Source: an uncultured bacterium (GTDB lineage: Bacteria; Babelota; Babeliae; Babelales; Babelaceae). Taken from it: a stretch of DNA of 64,000 nt. Positions 20,089-29,308 of this stretch are shown piece by piece. The notes beneath the pieces are model-generated. The model had not been told where the DNA came from and searched no databases. It worked only from the letters and a program-made list of their open reading frames with translations. A program made the position numbers and the translations under genes. The first letter of the stretch is position 1; every line of letters begins with the position of its first letter. The stretch spans positions 416,001 to 480,000 of the forward strand of contig CAWKFG010000001.1 of NCBI GenBank assembly GCA_963848965.1, in the 5' to 3' direction.

Positions 20089-20805
20089 ATGAAAAAAGTA
20101 CTTTATTTATTGCTATGTGGATCCTGTATAGGTGCTAGTGCTATGGAACGGCAAATATACGAACAAACTTGGTTAGGGCTATTACCAAATGATTTACGAG
20201 TGGAATTGAGCTATTATAATATTAAGAACCAAGCTGAAGAAGTTAAAATGGCTGTAGAAGCTGCTAAAACTTATGATGAAGCACTTTATAAAGCAAAAGA
20301 ATTGTCACAGCAGGAGTGTTATGCTCTTGCATTCAATAACCTATCTTTTACACAGAACCTTATTACTTTGTTAATGAAGAAATATAATAAACCATTTGAT
20401 CCTGCAGTTGGATATGTAGATCCTGAAAAAGCTATAGCAGAAGCACTTGGGACTTTAGGAGCACAACAATGGCTCGAACTTAAATCGCTTGAATCAGCAT
20501 ATTTCGATGCGATATTTAAAGGGAACTGCGAAGTTGTAGAGTCTATCCTGAGCCAAGGAATAATAAATATCAATGCTAAAGATAAGTTGGGGTATACCGC
20601 TTTAATGTTTGCAGTAGATTACGGCCATAAGGATCTAATACTATTGCTGCTGCAGAAGGGTATTGATGTTAATGCTGAAAGTACTCTTAATTGGACTGCC
20701 CTTAAAAGAGCACAATTATATAATAGTAATGATATAGTTGAACTCCTCAAAATACATGGAGCAATTGATAATCGCGGCATAGAAGCTAGCTTTTCTAAAA
20801 GCTAG
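20089..20805 (+). CDS. Secreted F-box-like/ankyrin repeat protein
   Basis: ...ASA|MER; LGLLPNDLRVELSYY; GYTALMFAVDYGHKDLILLLLQKGIDVNA. Confidence 0.88.
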   Translation: MKKVLYLLLCGSCIGASAMERQIYEQTWLGLLPNDLRVELSYYNIKNQAEEVKMAVEAAKTYDEALYKAKELSQQECYALAFNNLSFTQNLITLLMKKYNKPFDPAVGYVDPEKAIAEALGTLGAQQWLELKSLESAYFDAIFKGNCEVVESILSQGIININAKDKLGYTALMFAVDYGHKDLILLLLQKGIDVNAESTLNWTALKRAQLYNSNDIVELLKIHGAIDNRGIEASFSKS

Positions 20806-21354
20806 TAGATTTTTTCTGTCCATTTATTTTATTGATAAAGTCTACCACTTTTTTAAATGTGTGACCGCATTCTCTCTTATGGCCTAGAATTCCTAAAGCC
20901 AGATAGAGTATTTTCCTGCTTGCAGATGAGATTTAAAGTAAGTATACTAAAAAAGAGAATAAATCATTTTTTGTCTTTGGATCTTAAAGACATTTGCGCA
21001 TAAGGGCTAAGCATGAATTTAAAATACTCATTTCTTCTTCTCTCATTGCTGCTTTCGGCATGGCCTCTTTTCTAAGGTACTGAGTTTCTTCAGCACCAGA
21101 CCCTCATTTTATCGTTTTATGTGCCCAATTACTGTTCTTTGGGTTTAGATATTCTTTTGCTTTTAGAAGTTCTACGTTAAATATATAGTCATTGATTTTA
21201 CGTGGGTTACTGCATTGTGCTCAATACCTTCTTCCTTAGCAAATAAGAAATCATAGTTATCATTAATTAGGGGTAGCTGAAGAAATATTAGATAGTTAGG
21301 TATATTATGCCTGAAATTCATAGAGCAATTCACTTAGATTATTGAGGAAAATAA

Positions 21355-21825
21355 ATGAAAAATCTTAATTTACCTAGTATTCATTATTTAGATAGTAAAC
21401 AGATAAAATACAAAGTTCTCCATCTTACTTCGGTAGCGCGTAGTGCACACGATGTGCAAAGGCTTTATGGCTGTTCTCTTGAGCAAATTTTAAAAACTCT
21501 TGTACTCATAAGCAATGAAGGACCTCTTATTGCTGTAATTCAAGGTAGTGAAGAGTTATCATTTGAAAAGGTTAAAGCCTTCTTTAATCTTACTGCTTTA
21601 AGATTTGCAACAGCAAAAGAAGTTCTGGCTATTACTGGCTATGTTGTAGGTGGTGTTTCTCCTTTTGGGTTACCAGAAAATATAAGAAAGATAGTTGATA
21701 AGAAAGCTTTCGACCAGCAAACTTTAAATATGGGAGGAGGAACTCCTTTTATTGGTCTAGAACTTTCTGCTGCTGACTTTAAAAGCGTATGGGATGGATA
21801 CATAGATAGTATTTTAGCCGCATAA
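21355..21825 (+). CDS. YbaK/EbsC-family aminoacyl-tRNA deacylase
   Basis: QILKTLV; TGYVVGGVSPFG motif. Confidence 0.9.
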   Translation: MKNLNLPSIHYLDSKQIKYKVLHLTSVARSAHDVQRLYGCSLEQILKTLVLISNEGPLIAVIQGSEELSFEKVKAFFNLTALRFATAKEVLAITGYVVGGVSPFGLPENIRKIVDKKAFDQQTLNMGGGTPFIGLELSAADFKSVWDGYIDSILAA

Positions 21826-21967
21826 CAAATAAGGTAGCTACAAAACATACATTGACGTGTAAATCTGCTTGAAGTTTTAACAAAGAGCAGCTCACAATTG
21901 ACAGTTAAGTCACTCTTGCTATTCTAATGCAAAATACTTTTATTCGTAAAGTAGGGGCTTCTTTAGC

Positions 21968-24508
21968 ATGAAAAAGTTGTGTTTTTATATAATAAGAGTA
22001 ATGGTTATTAGCTGCCATTTTCTTTCATTGTTGGCTATGGAGAAAGAGAAAGCAGGCTATAAAAAGGGTATAGAGCATTATAAACACAATGAATTTGAAC
22101 AATCAGTAAAGCAATTAAAACAGGCAGTTAATAGCACTGATGAATTTATAAAAGCACATGCTTTACATGCAATTGGTACTATCTATTTAAAGCAAAAAGA
22201 TTATGAGAAAGCAGAGATATATCTCTTGCGATCTTTGGCATGTAAAGAAAGACCAAATGCGCTTTTTAATAATTTAGGAATAGTATATTGGAAAACGTGG
22301 CGAATAGAAAAAGCTATAGAGTGTTTTAAACAAGCCTTAGCTGTAAAAGATGAGTGTGTTCAGCAGAACATTGCTATTTTATTAAAGGACCACCTTGCAC
22401 ACTCTTTTGCACCAGAAGCTTTACAATCGCTTGCTTTTGACAATAGAGAAGATATACAAGGTAAAGAGGAACAAGTGTCTCAAGAAAAGGCAGGTGAGCC
22501 TGTTACCTATAAAGAGCCTGAAACAAATAATATAGTAGCAATTGAACCTGTTGTGCCTAAAAAGCCAGAGCCTCGCCGTAAACACCGCAAAAAACCAAAG
22601 CGCACAAGTGTAAAACAAGAAGATCCAAAGGAAAAAAAAGAAACAGAGGAATCACCAAAGAAAGAAAATAACAATACATTGTATGAATGGCGCTGTGAGC
22701 ATATTTTTTCTCATAAACTACTGCAAGGGCATAAAGATCCTTGTGGCACTGCACTTGCTCTTTATTGTAATAAAGATGGCACAGAGCTTGCTATTCTTAC
22801 CTATAACTATTTATATCTTTGGGATACTCAAACAGGGATCTGTAAAGCTATTAAAGAGCTGGCAGATAAGGTAACCATTGCTCTTGCAAAAGATCATCCT
22901 CTAGTTTCTTGGAATGAAGATACACGAGAGCTTTATGTAGTGACAGCTACAGGAATTATAAAAGTACATGCTTTAGATGAATCACCCTTTCACCTTGTAC
23001 TTAAAAAAGAGGGAACCCTGTGGCCTCAAGGGCAATCGCATGGAACATTTAATAAAAATACTACTTTGTTTGCAGCTCTTATAGAACATGCAGGACAAAA
23101 GCTGTTAGTATATTGGGATTTAGAAAGTGGTCGTATGAAGATTCTTGATAAAGGTCCCTTTCTAACAACTCTTATTGGTTTACACTTTACCCATGATAAC
23201 AAGTTATGTGGGGTAATGAAAAATGGTCTTATGAAGGTATGGGATCTAGCTGGTAATTGTTCTACGTCTCAACTACAGGTCAATGGTACAAAAATGATTA
23301 GTGCGAGCGTAAGTCCTGATGGGCGTCTTATCTCTATGAGGGCTGCTGACGGTACAAAGCTATTTTCCTCTGCTACTCTTAAAGAGTTGCCTATACTCCA
23401 AGAGTCTAATTCTGCAGGCTATTTTGCTCGTGACGGTAGTTGTATAGTCGTAGCATATGCGAGCGGAAATATTACAGTATTTTCTGGTGAAGGAAAGGTA
23501 CTTTCTACTTTACAAGCAGGTCGAGAGCGCTTTTTACAAGTATGCTTAAATAACAGTAATGATATGTTTTTTGCTCGTACTGAATCAGACAAAATACAAA
23601 TCTGGAAGCGTTTTGAAGTACCTGAAGTTCGGGTAAACCAAGAGCAGTTACCTCTAGTAAAAGAGCAGCCAGTTCCTGCTTTATTTATACGAATATATTG
23701 CCCTAATATACAGTTTGAAGGTGATTTAGCTAGTGTAGAGGGAGATATTGTGCAGGAAAATGTGACTACTGTATTATGTGATAGTTCAAAACATTACATA
23801 TCTATCTATATGGCACATGGTTCTACTATTATAGTACGTCCGGCAAGGCAAGACCAGTTTGAACTACCAGTACAGCATAAGGGCTATATTTGGGTTTTAC
23901 GAACAATTAAACATCGAGGTGTGCTTGCTTCTGCAGGAGAAGATTGTTTAATCCATCTGTGGAATTTAAAGGAAAGAGATTGCTGTGGGCTTTTAAAAGG
24001 ACATAAGGCACCGATATGGTCTTTAGCATATGATGAAGAAACTGAAACTTTATTTTCGGGAGCTCAAGATGGAGTTATTCATAAGTGGAATCCTAAATAC
24101 AGTGAGTTGATAGGATCATTCATTGGGCACACTAAGAGAGTAAATGATGTAAAATCTTTTGCTGTTTTACAAGATGCGCAAATTCCTTCCAAAATACTCC
24201 TTTCGGCTTCAGATGACTGTACTGTGCGATTGTGGAATAGAGAAACTGGTACCTGTATTAAGATATTTACAGGGCATACAAAGCCAGTAAGACAGGTTAC
24301 TTATTGTAATAAACATGATCTTGTTGTTTCAACAAGCGAAGATTATACTCTGAGGTTATGGGATATACGTTCTGGAGAATGCCAAAAAGTAGAGGGGCTT
24401 TTAAATTTTCGGGTAAAAAAAGTTACTGTAAACGAACAAGAAGATTTTATCAGCGTTGTATATAGTGATGGTACAACTAGTACCTATCCAATTGTAAAGA
24501 AAGTATGA
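21968..24508 (+). CDS. Secreted TPR plus WD40 repeat protein
   Basis: ...LLA|MEK; TPR helices (LFNNLGIVYWK..KAIECFKQAL); GH...SAS.D.TVRLWN WD40 repeats; basic linker. Confidence 0.9.
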   Translation: MKKLCFYIIRVMVISCHFLSLLAMEKEKAGYKKGIEHYKHNEFEQSVKQLKQAVNSTDEFIKAHALHAIGTIYLKQKDYEKAEIYLLRSLACKERPNALFNNLGIVYWKTWRIEKAIECFKQALAVKDECVQQNIAILLKDHLAHSFAPEALQSLAFDNREDIQGKEEQVSQEKAGEPVTYKEPETNNIVAIEPVVPKKPEPRRKHRKKPKRTSVKQEDPKEKKETEESPKKENNNTLYEWRCEHIFSHKLLQGHKDPCGTALALYCNKDGTELAILTYNYLYLWDTQTGICKAIKELADKVTIALAKDHPLVSWNEDTRELYVVTATGIIKVHALDESPFHLVLKKEGTLWPQGQSHGTFNKNTTLFAALIEHAGQKLLVYWDLESGRMKILDKGPFLTTLIGLHFTHDNKLCGVMKNGLMKVWDLAGNCSTSQLQVNGTKMISASVSPDGRLISMRAADGTKLFSSATLKELPILQESNSAGYFARDGSCIVVAYASGNITVFSGEGKVLSTLQAGRERFLQVCLNNSNDMFFARTESDKIQIWKRFEVPEVRVNQEQLPLVKEQPVPALFIRIYCPNIQFEGDLASVEGDIVQENVTTVLCDSSKHYISIYMAHGSTIIVRPARQDQFELPVQHKGYIWVLRTIKHRGVLASAGEDCLIHLWNLKERDCCGLLKGHKAPIWSLAYDEETETLFSGAQDGVIHKWNPKYSELIGSFIGHTKRVNDVKSFAVLQDAQIPSKILLSASDDCTVRLWNRETGTCIKIFTGHTKPVRQVTYCNKHDLVVSTSEDYTLRLWDIRSGECQKVEGLLNFRVKKVTVNEQEDFISVVYSDGTTSTYPIVKKV

Positions 24509-24608
24509 TAATTTCAAAAGTCTAGCAACGGAAGATTCTGTGCTAAATAATTGATCAGAGTTTCGTATAATGAGCCTACGTTTGCAGTTGCCAATATATT
24601 AACTCTGC

Positions 24609-25541
24609 TTATTGCTTGGCTCTTTTACTTAAAAGCAAGTTTACTATATCTTTATGACCAAATTGAATAGCATACTTTAAGGCAGTTTTACCATCTTCAG
24701 CTTGTGCATTAATATCAGCCCCTTGTTGTAATAAAAATTCTACGATATCTTTGTAACCGTTTCTTGCAGGATTTAATAAGGCGGTTTTGCCAAAATCATC
24801 TCGAGCGTTAACATCAGCTCCTGCTTCTATAAGAAGTTCTACTACATCTTTATGTCCACTCATAGTAGCAAACATTAAAGCGGTATAACCATTATTATCT
24901 TTTGCATCAATATCTACGTTTTTATTTAACAATAGCTCAACTATTTCTTTGTGTCCGTATTTTGCGGCCCACATGAGTGGTGTCCAGCCATAGTCATCTC
25001 TTGCATTAGCATTAACTCCTTGGTCTAAAAGAGCTCTTACTGTTGAAAAGTTTTTTTCTACAGCGTCTAAAAGTTGTAATTCATGCGGGTGCCTTTGCAA
25101 CCATTCTTTTGTCCCTGTAACTGTAAGAGAGTGCGCTATATCTTCTTGTTTGCGAGGAGCTCTTTCTTTTTTATGTAAAACATGAATAAGAAAGTAGGTA
25201 AAGGAAAGACTATTGAAGATAGGGCTCAATTGATTATCTTTTAATACTTTTTTTATAATTGCTAGTGCTTCATTGTATATTGTAGGAGATTTGAGAATGG
25301 TTTCGATTATCTTGTAACATAGATATAAATCCAATTCTCGTTTAAGTTCTAATGGTAAAAGTGCAAAATGGCCTTCTTTATAAATATTTTCCAAAGCCAG
25401 ACTTGCTATAGGCAGTGCTGTGGTAATAATTTCCTTACTAGTAGGACCTGGATTGGGACTTTTTTGATCATGCGATATAGAGTGCATAGCTAAGGCACTA
25501 ATGAAGGAGGTACCGATAACAGCATAGAGTAGCTTTTGCAT
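24609..25541 (-). CDS. Secreted F-box-like/ankyrin repeat protein
   Basis: FALLPLELKRELDLY; near-consensus ankyrin repeats GWTPLMWAAKYGHKEIVELLL. Confidence 0.92.
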   Translation of the reverse strand: MQKLLYAVIGTSFISALAMHSISHDQKSPNPGPTSKEIITTALPIASLALENIYKEGHFALLPLELKRELDLYLCYKIIETILKSPTIYNEALAIIKKVLKDNQLSPIFNSLSFTYFLIHVLHKKERAPRKQEDIAHSLTVTGTKEWLQRHPHELQLLDAVEKNFSTVRALLDQGVNANARDDYGWTPLMWAAKYGHKEIVELLLNKNVDIDAKDNNGYTALMFATMSGHKDVVELLIEAGADVNARDDFGKTALLNPARNGYKDIVEFLLQQGADINAQAEDGKTALKYAIQFGHKDIVNLLLSKRAKQ

Positions 25542-25683
25542 TTATTTTTCCTTTTATAACTTTATTATATATGTTTCATTGTAAATAATATATGTTTAAA
25601 TGTAAATAACGAATTGGAGCAACAATTTTGTGTGCGTCCTAATGCATAGCCAAAATGGGCTAAACGTCAAAAAAATGAACTTT

Positions 25684-26763
25684 TTATTTTTTAGCAAACT
25701 GCCTATACTCCTCAAAGCTTGGCAATTGAGGAAAATGCTTTAATAGATCCGGAATTTTTAGTACAGGTAACGTCTGGTATTGTGACAAGATTTTGTCATA
25801 ATCTATAGAGTAAAGTTTTTGGATCTGCTCTGCCTCTTCAAGTGCTTTTTTTGTAAGAGCTGCTATACAGTTATTATAGGCATTCTTTTTAGCTGGTGTA
25901 TTTGCAAGGCTTTGTAGTGCCATAATACCTCTATAGATAGTAAAAATAGTGCGAGCCAAAATTCTTGCCTTCCTTCGTGCTTGAGCATCTGTAGCGTCCA
26001 TAAGTTTATAGGCGATAATGAGCTCGTAAAGAGGAGGAATGCCAAGACTATAAAAATCATAATTTGGTTTAGCCATGAACAAGCGAGATATAGGTTCAGT
26101 ATCCCAAATGACAGCAAAACCATTAGAGTCAAAAACTATATTTTCTGACCGGACATCTGCAAAGTATGTTTGTCTAATAACCTCACATAAATCATGAAAC
26201 TGTTCGTCAGTCATTGATTCTAAGCGTTTTGTAAGGTCCGGTTTTATTTTTTCAGCTAGAACTGCAAAATTTCTGTCAAGCATCTTTCTATTAGCGCCAG
26301 GAAGTGGATAGGCATATTTTTTAGGAGCGCGAACTTTAGCTTTGAGTTTATTTGCTACATCGTTTATACGATCAGCTTCAACAATACGACTTAAATTATT
26401 TTGCGAAGTTAAAAGTTCTTTGACCGCTTGAAGTTTGATTACATAATCAGGAACGGTATCGGTTTCAAATACTATATAACGAACATATGAATAAAGTGGG
26501 CCTAATCGTTTGGGAACCTTAAAGAAATTGAATTCGTCTGGTGAATCTTCAAATTTTTTTAATAAGACTTCCATAGTATCCATATCATGAGCTGTAATAT
26601 CTGCTCTTTTAAAGAGATTGTCAAGCGATTCTCGTACAGAAGCAGGTGGCAAATGCTCTTGTACCCACTGCTGACTAAAAGGTGAAGCTGCATAACAACT
26701 AAGTGATACTACTATACTACTTAGTATGCCAATGAATTGAGAATAATATATAAATGAAGACAT
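25684..26763 (-). CDS. Secreted atypical protein-kinase-like protein
   Basis: YVIK (beta3 Lys), ADVRSENIVF (catalytic-loop-like), IWDTE (Mg-binding-like); signal peptide; ORF open from 26769. Confidence 0.6.
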   Translation of the reverse strand: MSSFIYYSQFIGILSSIVVSLSCYAASPFSQQWVQEHLPPASVRESLDNLFKRADITAHDMDTMEVLLKKFEDSPDEFNFFKVPKRLGPLYSYVRYIVFETDTVPDYVIKLQAVKELLTSQNNLSRIVEADRINDVANKLKAKVRAPKKYAYPLPGANRKMLDRNFAVLAEKIKPDLTKRLESMTDEQFHDLCEVIRQTYFADVRSENIVFDSNGFAVIWDTEPISRLFMAKPNYDFYSLGIPPLYELIIAYKLMDATDAQARRKARILARTIFTIYRGIMALQSLANTPAKKNAYNNCIAALTKKALEEAEQIQKLYSIDYDKILSQYQTLPVLKIPDLLKHFPQLPSFEEYRQFAKK

Positions 26764-26962
26764 GGCCACCTCGGTATTTATTTTTATAATTATAAAAGGC
26801 TAAATTAATCATAGTATAATTATATTTTATTCAATTTGAATATTTTAAGTCAATGGTGAGAGATTCAAGGTGTCAAGTGTCTTAGATTCGTTGTCAAAAA
26901 TATTCTGCATCTAAAAGGGTAATTCTTGTAACAGTTGATTGATATGAGATCTTGCAAATACT

Positions 26963-28138
26963 TTATAAGTTTTTTATGACCTGGTCTGTATTTTTCCATG
27001 ATACTATTTTACCGTTTGTTCGTATTTGGTCTTGACTGCCACCATAAATGACTATCGAAGTTTCGTTGCTATGTATTTCTTTTTTGAACCAAGCTAATGT
27101 TTTGAAAAAGTTATTTTGTATGGTTTCAAAAGACTTGATTTCTACGGGTATTGTACGACCACCAGCTTCTATAATAAGATCGATTTCGTTTTGATTGCTA
27201 TCTCTAAAAAAAGATAGACGGCATTGCATATTGAAGGCATAGCAGTTTTTTAGAAAGTCAGCGATAACCATATTTTCAAACAGAGCTCCATAAATAGTTC
27301 GATTCTTTGTTATGACTTCTCGGTTAACTCCCATAAGATGTGTGGCAAGACCGACGTCATAAAAGTAGAGCTTAGGAGATTTTGTAATCCTTTTACCGAG
27401 GTTATCTTGGTACGAAGGTAGTAGAAAAAGAATAAAACTAGACTCTAGGAGTGACAACCAGCTACGTGCTGTATTAATTGAGATACTACAATAAGTAGCT
27501 AACTGAGTAATATTTAAGGTCATTCCAATGCGTAATGCACATAGTTGAATAAATTTTTTAAAGCTTAGAACATTTTCAATATTTCTTACCGTACGTATAT
27601 CCCGTTCAACATATGTTGAGATGTAGTTTTCATAAAAATCTTTCTCGTTAACGTAAGGTTGGTATACACGAGGATAGAACCCTTTAAATAGTTGATCTTG
27701 AGGAGATTTACACAGTAACTGTGAATTCTGTAGTTCTTGTATTGAAAGCGGTAACAGAGTATAGAAATAAGCCCTGCCTGTTAAGGATTCGCTTATTTTT
27801 TCATGTAATAAAAAATTTTGAGATCCTGATAGAATATAATATCCTGGTTGTGGTTCTTTATCTGCTTCTACTTTTATTTGAGGAAATAGTTTTGGCGCAT
27901 ATTGTGCTTCGTCAATTATGATTCCATGCTCATTTTTATAATTGTTTAAAAATCCTTTAGGGTCTTGATTGGCAAACTCAAAAAGTTCAGTATCTTGCAT
28001 ATCTAAATAGGTATAATGGGGAAATAGCTCTTTGGCTAATGTGCTTTTTCCAGATTGTCGTGGGCCTATAATGGCTAAAATAGGTACTTGCTTTATACCA
28101 GATTTAATTGTCGGAGTTATAGATCTTTTAATAAACAT
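26963..28138 (-). CDS. AAA_14 / DUF4143 ATP-binding protein
   Basis: GPRQSGKS, IIDEAQ, LSGSQ, ESLTGR, KSPKLYFYDVGL, EIDLI..PVEIK. Confidence 0.92.
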   Translation of the reverse strand: MFIKRSITPTIKSGIKQVPILAIIGPRQSGKSTLAKELFPHYTYLDMQDTELFEFANQDPKGFLNNYKNEHGIIIDEAQYAPKLFPQIKVEADKEPQPGYYILSGSQNFLLHEKISESLTGRAYFYTLLPLSIQELQNSQLLCKSPQDQLFKGFYPRVYQPYVNEKDFYENYISTYVERDIRTVRNIENVLSFKKFIQLCALRIGMTLNITQLATYCSISINTARSWLSLLESSFILFLLPSYQDNLGKRITKSPKLYFYDVGLATHLMGVNREVITKNRTIYGALFENMVIADFLKNCYAFNMQCRLSFFRDSNQNEIDLIIEAGGRTIPVEIKSFETIQNNFFKTLAWFKKEIHSNETSIVIYGGSQDQIRTNGKIVSWKNTDQVIKNL

Positions 28139-28297
28139 TTTGCACCTTTCACTATATGAATATCATAACATATAGTGATCGATTTTCATAGATTTTTCTG
28201 TGTTTTAAGCACATTGGACAAAGTATTCCATGAAGGAGGTTATCAGGGCAATAAGGATCAGTGTATGAAGAAAGGCTTGCTGCTCATCTTTGCCTGT

Positions 28298-28993
28298 TTA
28301 ACTTTTTTGATGCATGGCACATTCAAGTATCTTTTCTGTAGTTATATTGTTTCTTAAGCGAGCAAAGCTTAGAGCTGTGTCACCATGAGGATTTTGAATG
28401 CTTGGATTTGCACCATACTCTAATAGTAGTTTAACATGAGCATCATAACCATTGAATGCTGCCAGCATTAACGGGGTCAAGCCTTCGCGGTTTTGAGCAT
28501 TAACCTTGGCTCCTGCTTTTAATAATAGTTCTGCTATAGATGTACTTCCAAGAGCCCTAAATAAAGCAGTTTCATTAAGTCTATCTTGAGCATTACTATG
28601 AGCACCAGCCTTAAGAAGGCGCTCTACTATGTCTTTATGGTTACCTGCTGCAGCGGACATTAATGGAGTGTTACCAGATTCACCTTGAGTATTAATGTTG
28701 GCACATGCATTAAGAAGAAGCTCTACTATTTCTTTGGATCCTCGTCTTGCAGCGTATATTAAAGCAGTGTCGCCATACTGGTTTTTTGCATTAACATCAG
28801 CACCTTTATTAATAAGCTCTTTTACGGTATCTACTTTACCTGTTTGTGCTGCCATCATTAAAGGAGTTTGGTCGCCGCTCCATAGTATGAAGTGTTGGTT
28901 ATCATCAAGACTTATAACTCTAATTTCTTCCATTCCAAGAGCATTGATAGTGAATCCAATTATTCCTGTGAGTACTATAATTTTCATAAACAC
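28298..28993 (-). CDS. Secreted ankyrin repeat protein
   Basis: ...ALG|MEE; about 5 consensus ankyrin repeats. Confidence 0.92.
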   Translation of the reverse strand: MFMKIIVLTGIIGFTINALGMEEIRVISLDDNQHFILWSGDQTPLMMAAQTGKVDTVKELINKGADVNAKNQYGDTALIYAARRGSKEIVELLLNACANINTQGESGNTPLMSAAAGNHKDIVERLLKAGAHSNAQDRLNETALFRALGSTSIAELLLKAGAKVNAQNREGLTPLMLAAFNGYDAHVKLLLEYGANPSIQNPHGDTALSFARLRNNITTEKILECAMHQKS

Positions 28994-29113
28994 CTCATTG
29001 TAATTATTTATATTTTTATAATAGTATAATAAGTTTGTGCAATTTTCAACAACTTTAGGTTCTTTTCATAGAATTTCTCTATTGCTTGTAATATGGTATA
29101 ACTTTAGTGTGAG

Positions 29114-29308
29114 ATGGGAAGCTTATTATTTGAACGACTTAACGAACTTAAAATACAAACGCAGACGTATGATCACATCTCTTTATATACGGTAGAAGAA
29201 GCTCTTAGAGTAGCGAACTCTATTTCTGCAACACAAGGCTTGCAGCTTTCTGCCTTCACTCTCTGGACTTCTGGTGTTAGTCAGTATAATGATTACTACA
29301 AATTCTAA
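29114..29308 (+). pseudogene. N-terminal fragment of a PrdX/YbaK prolyl-tRNA editing protein
   Basis: LFERLNELKIQTQTYDHISLYTVEEA resembles the PrdX L..L.I.....H..L.TVEE start; the rest is missing. Confidence 0.55.

Noticed and set aside
20880..21300. Signal-peptide-like stub MNLKYSFLLLSLLLSAWPLF* and similar debris at 6060..6290 and 8880..9050
   Set aside because: Too short and interrupted to assign; probably decayed genes
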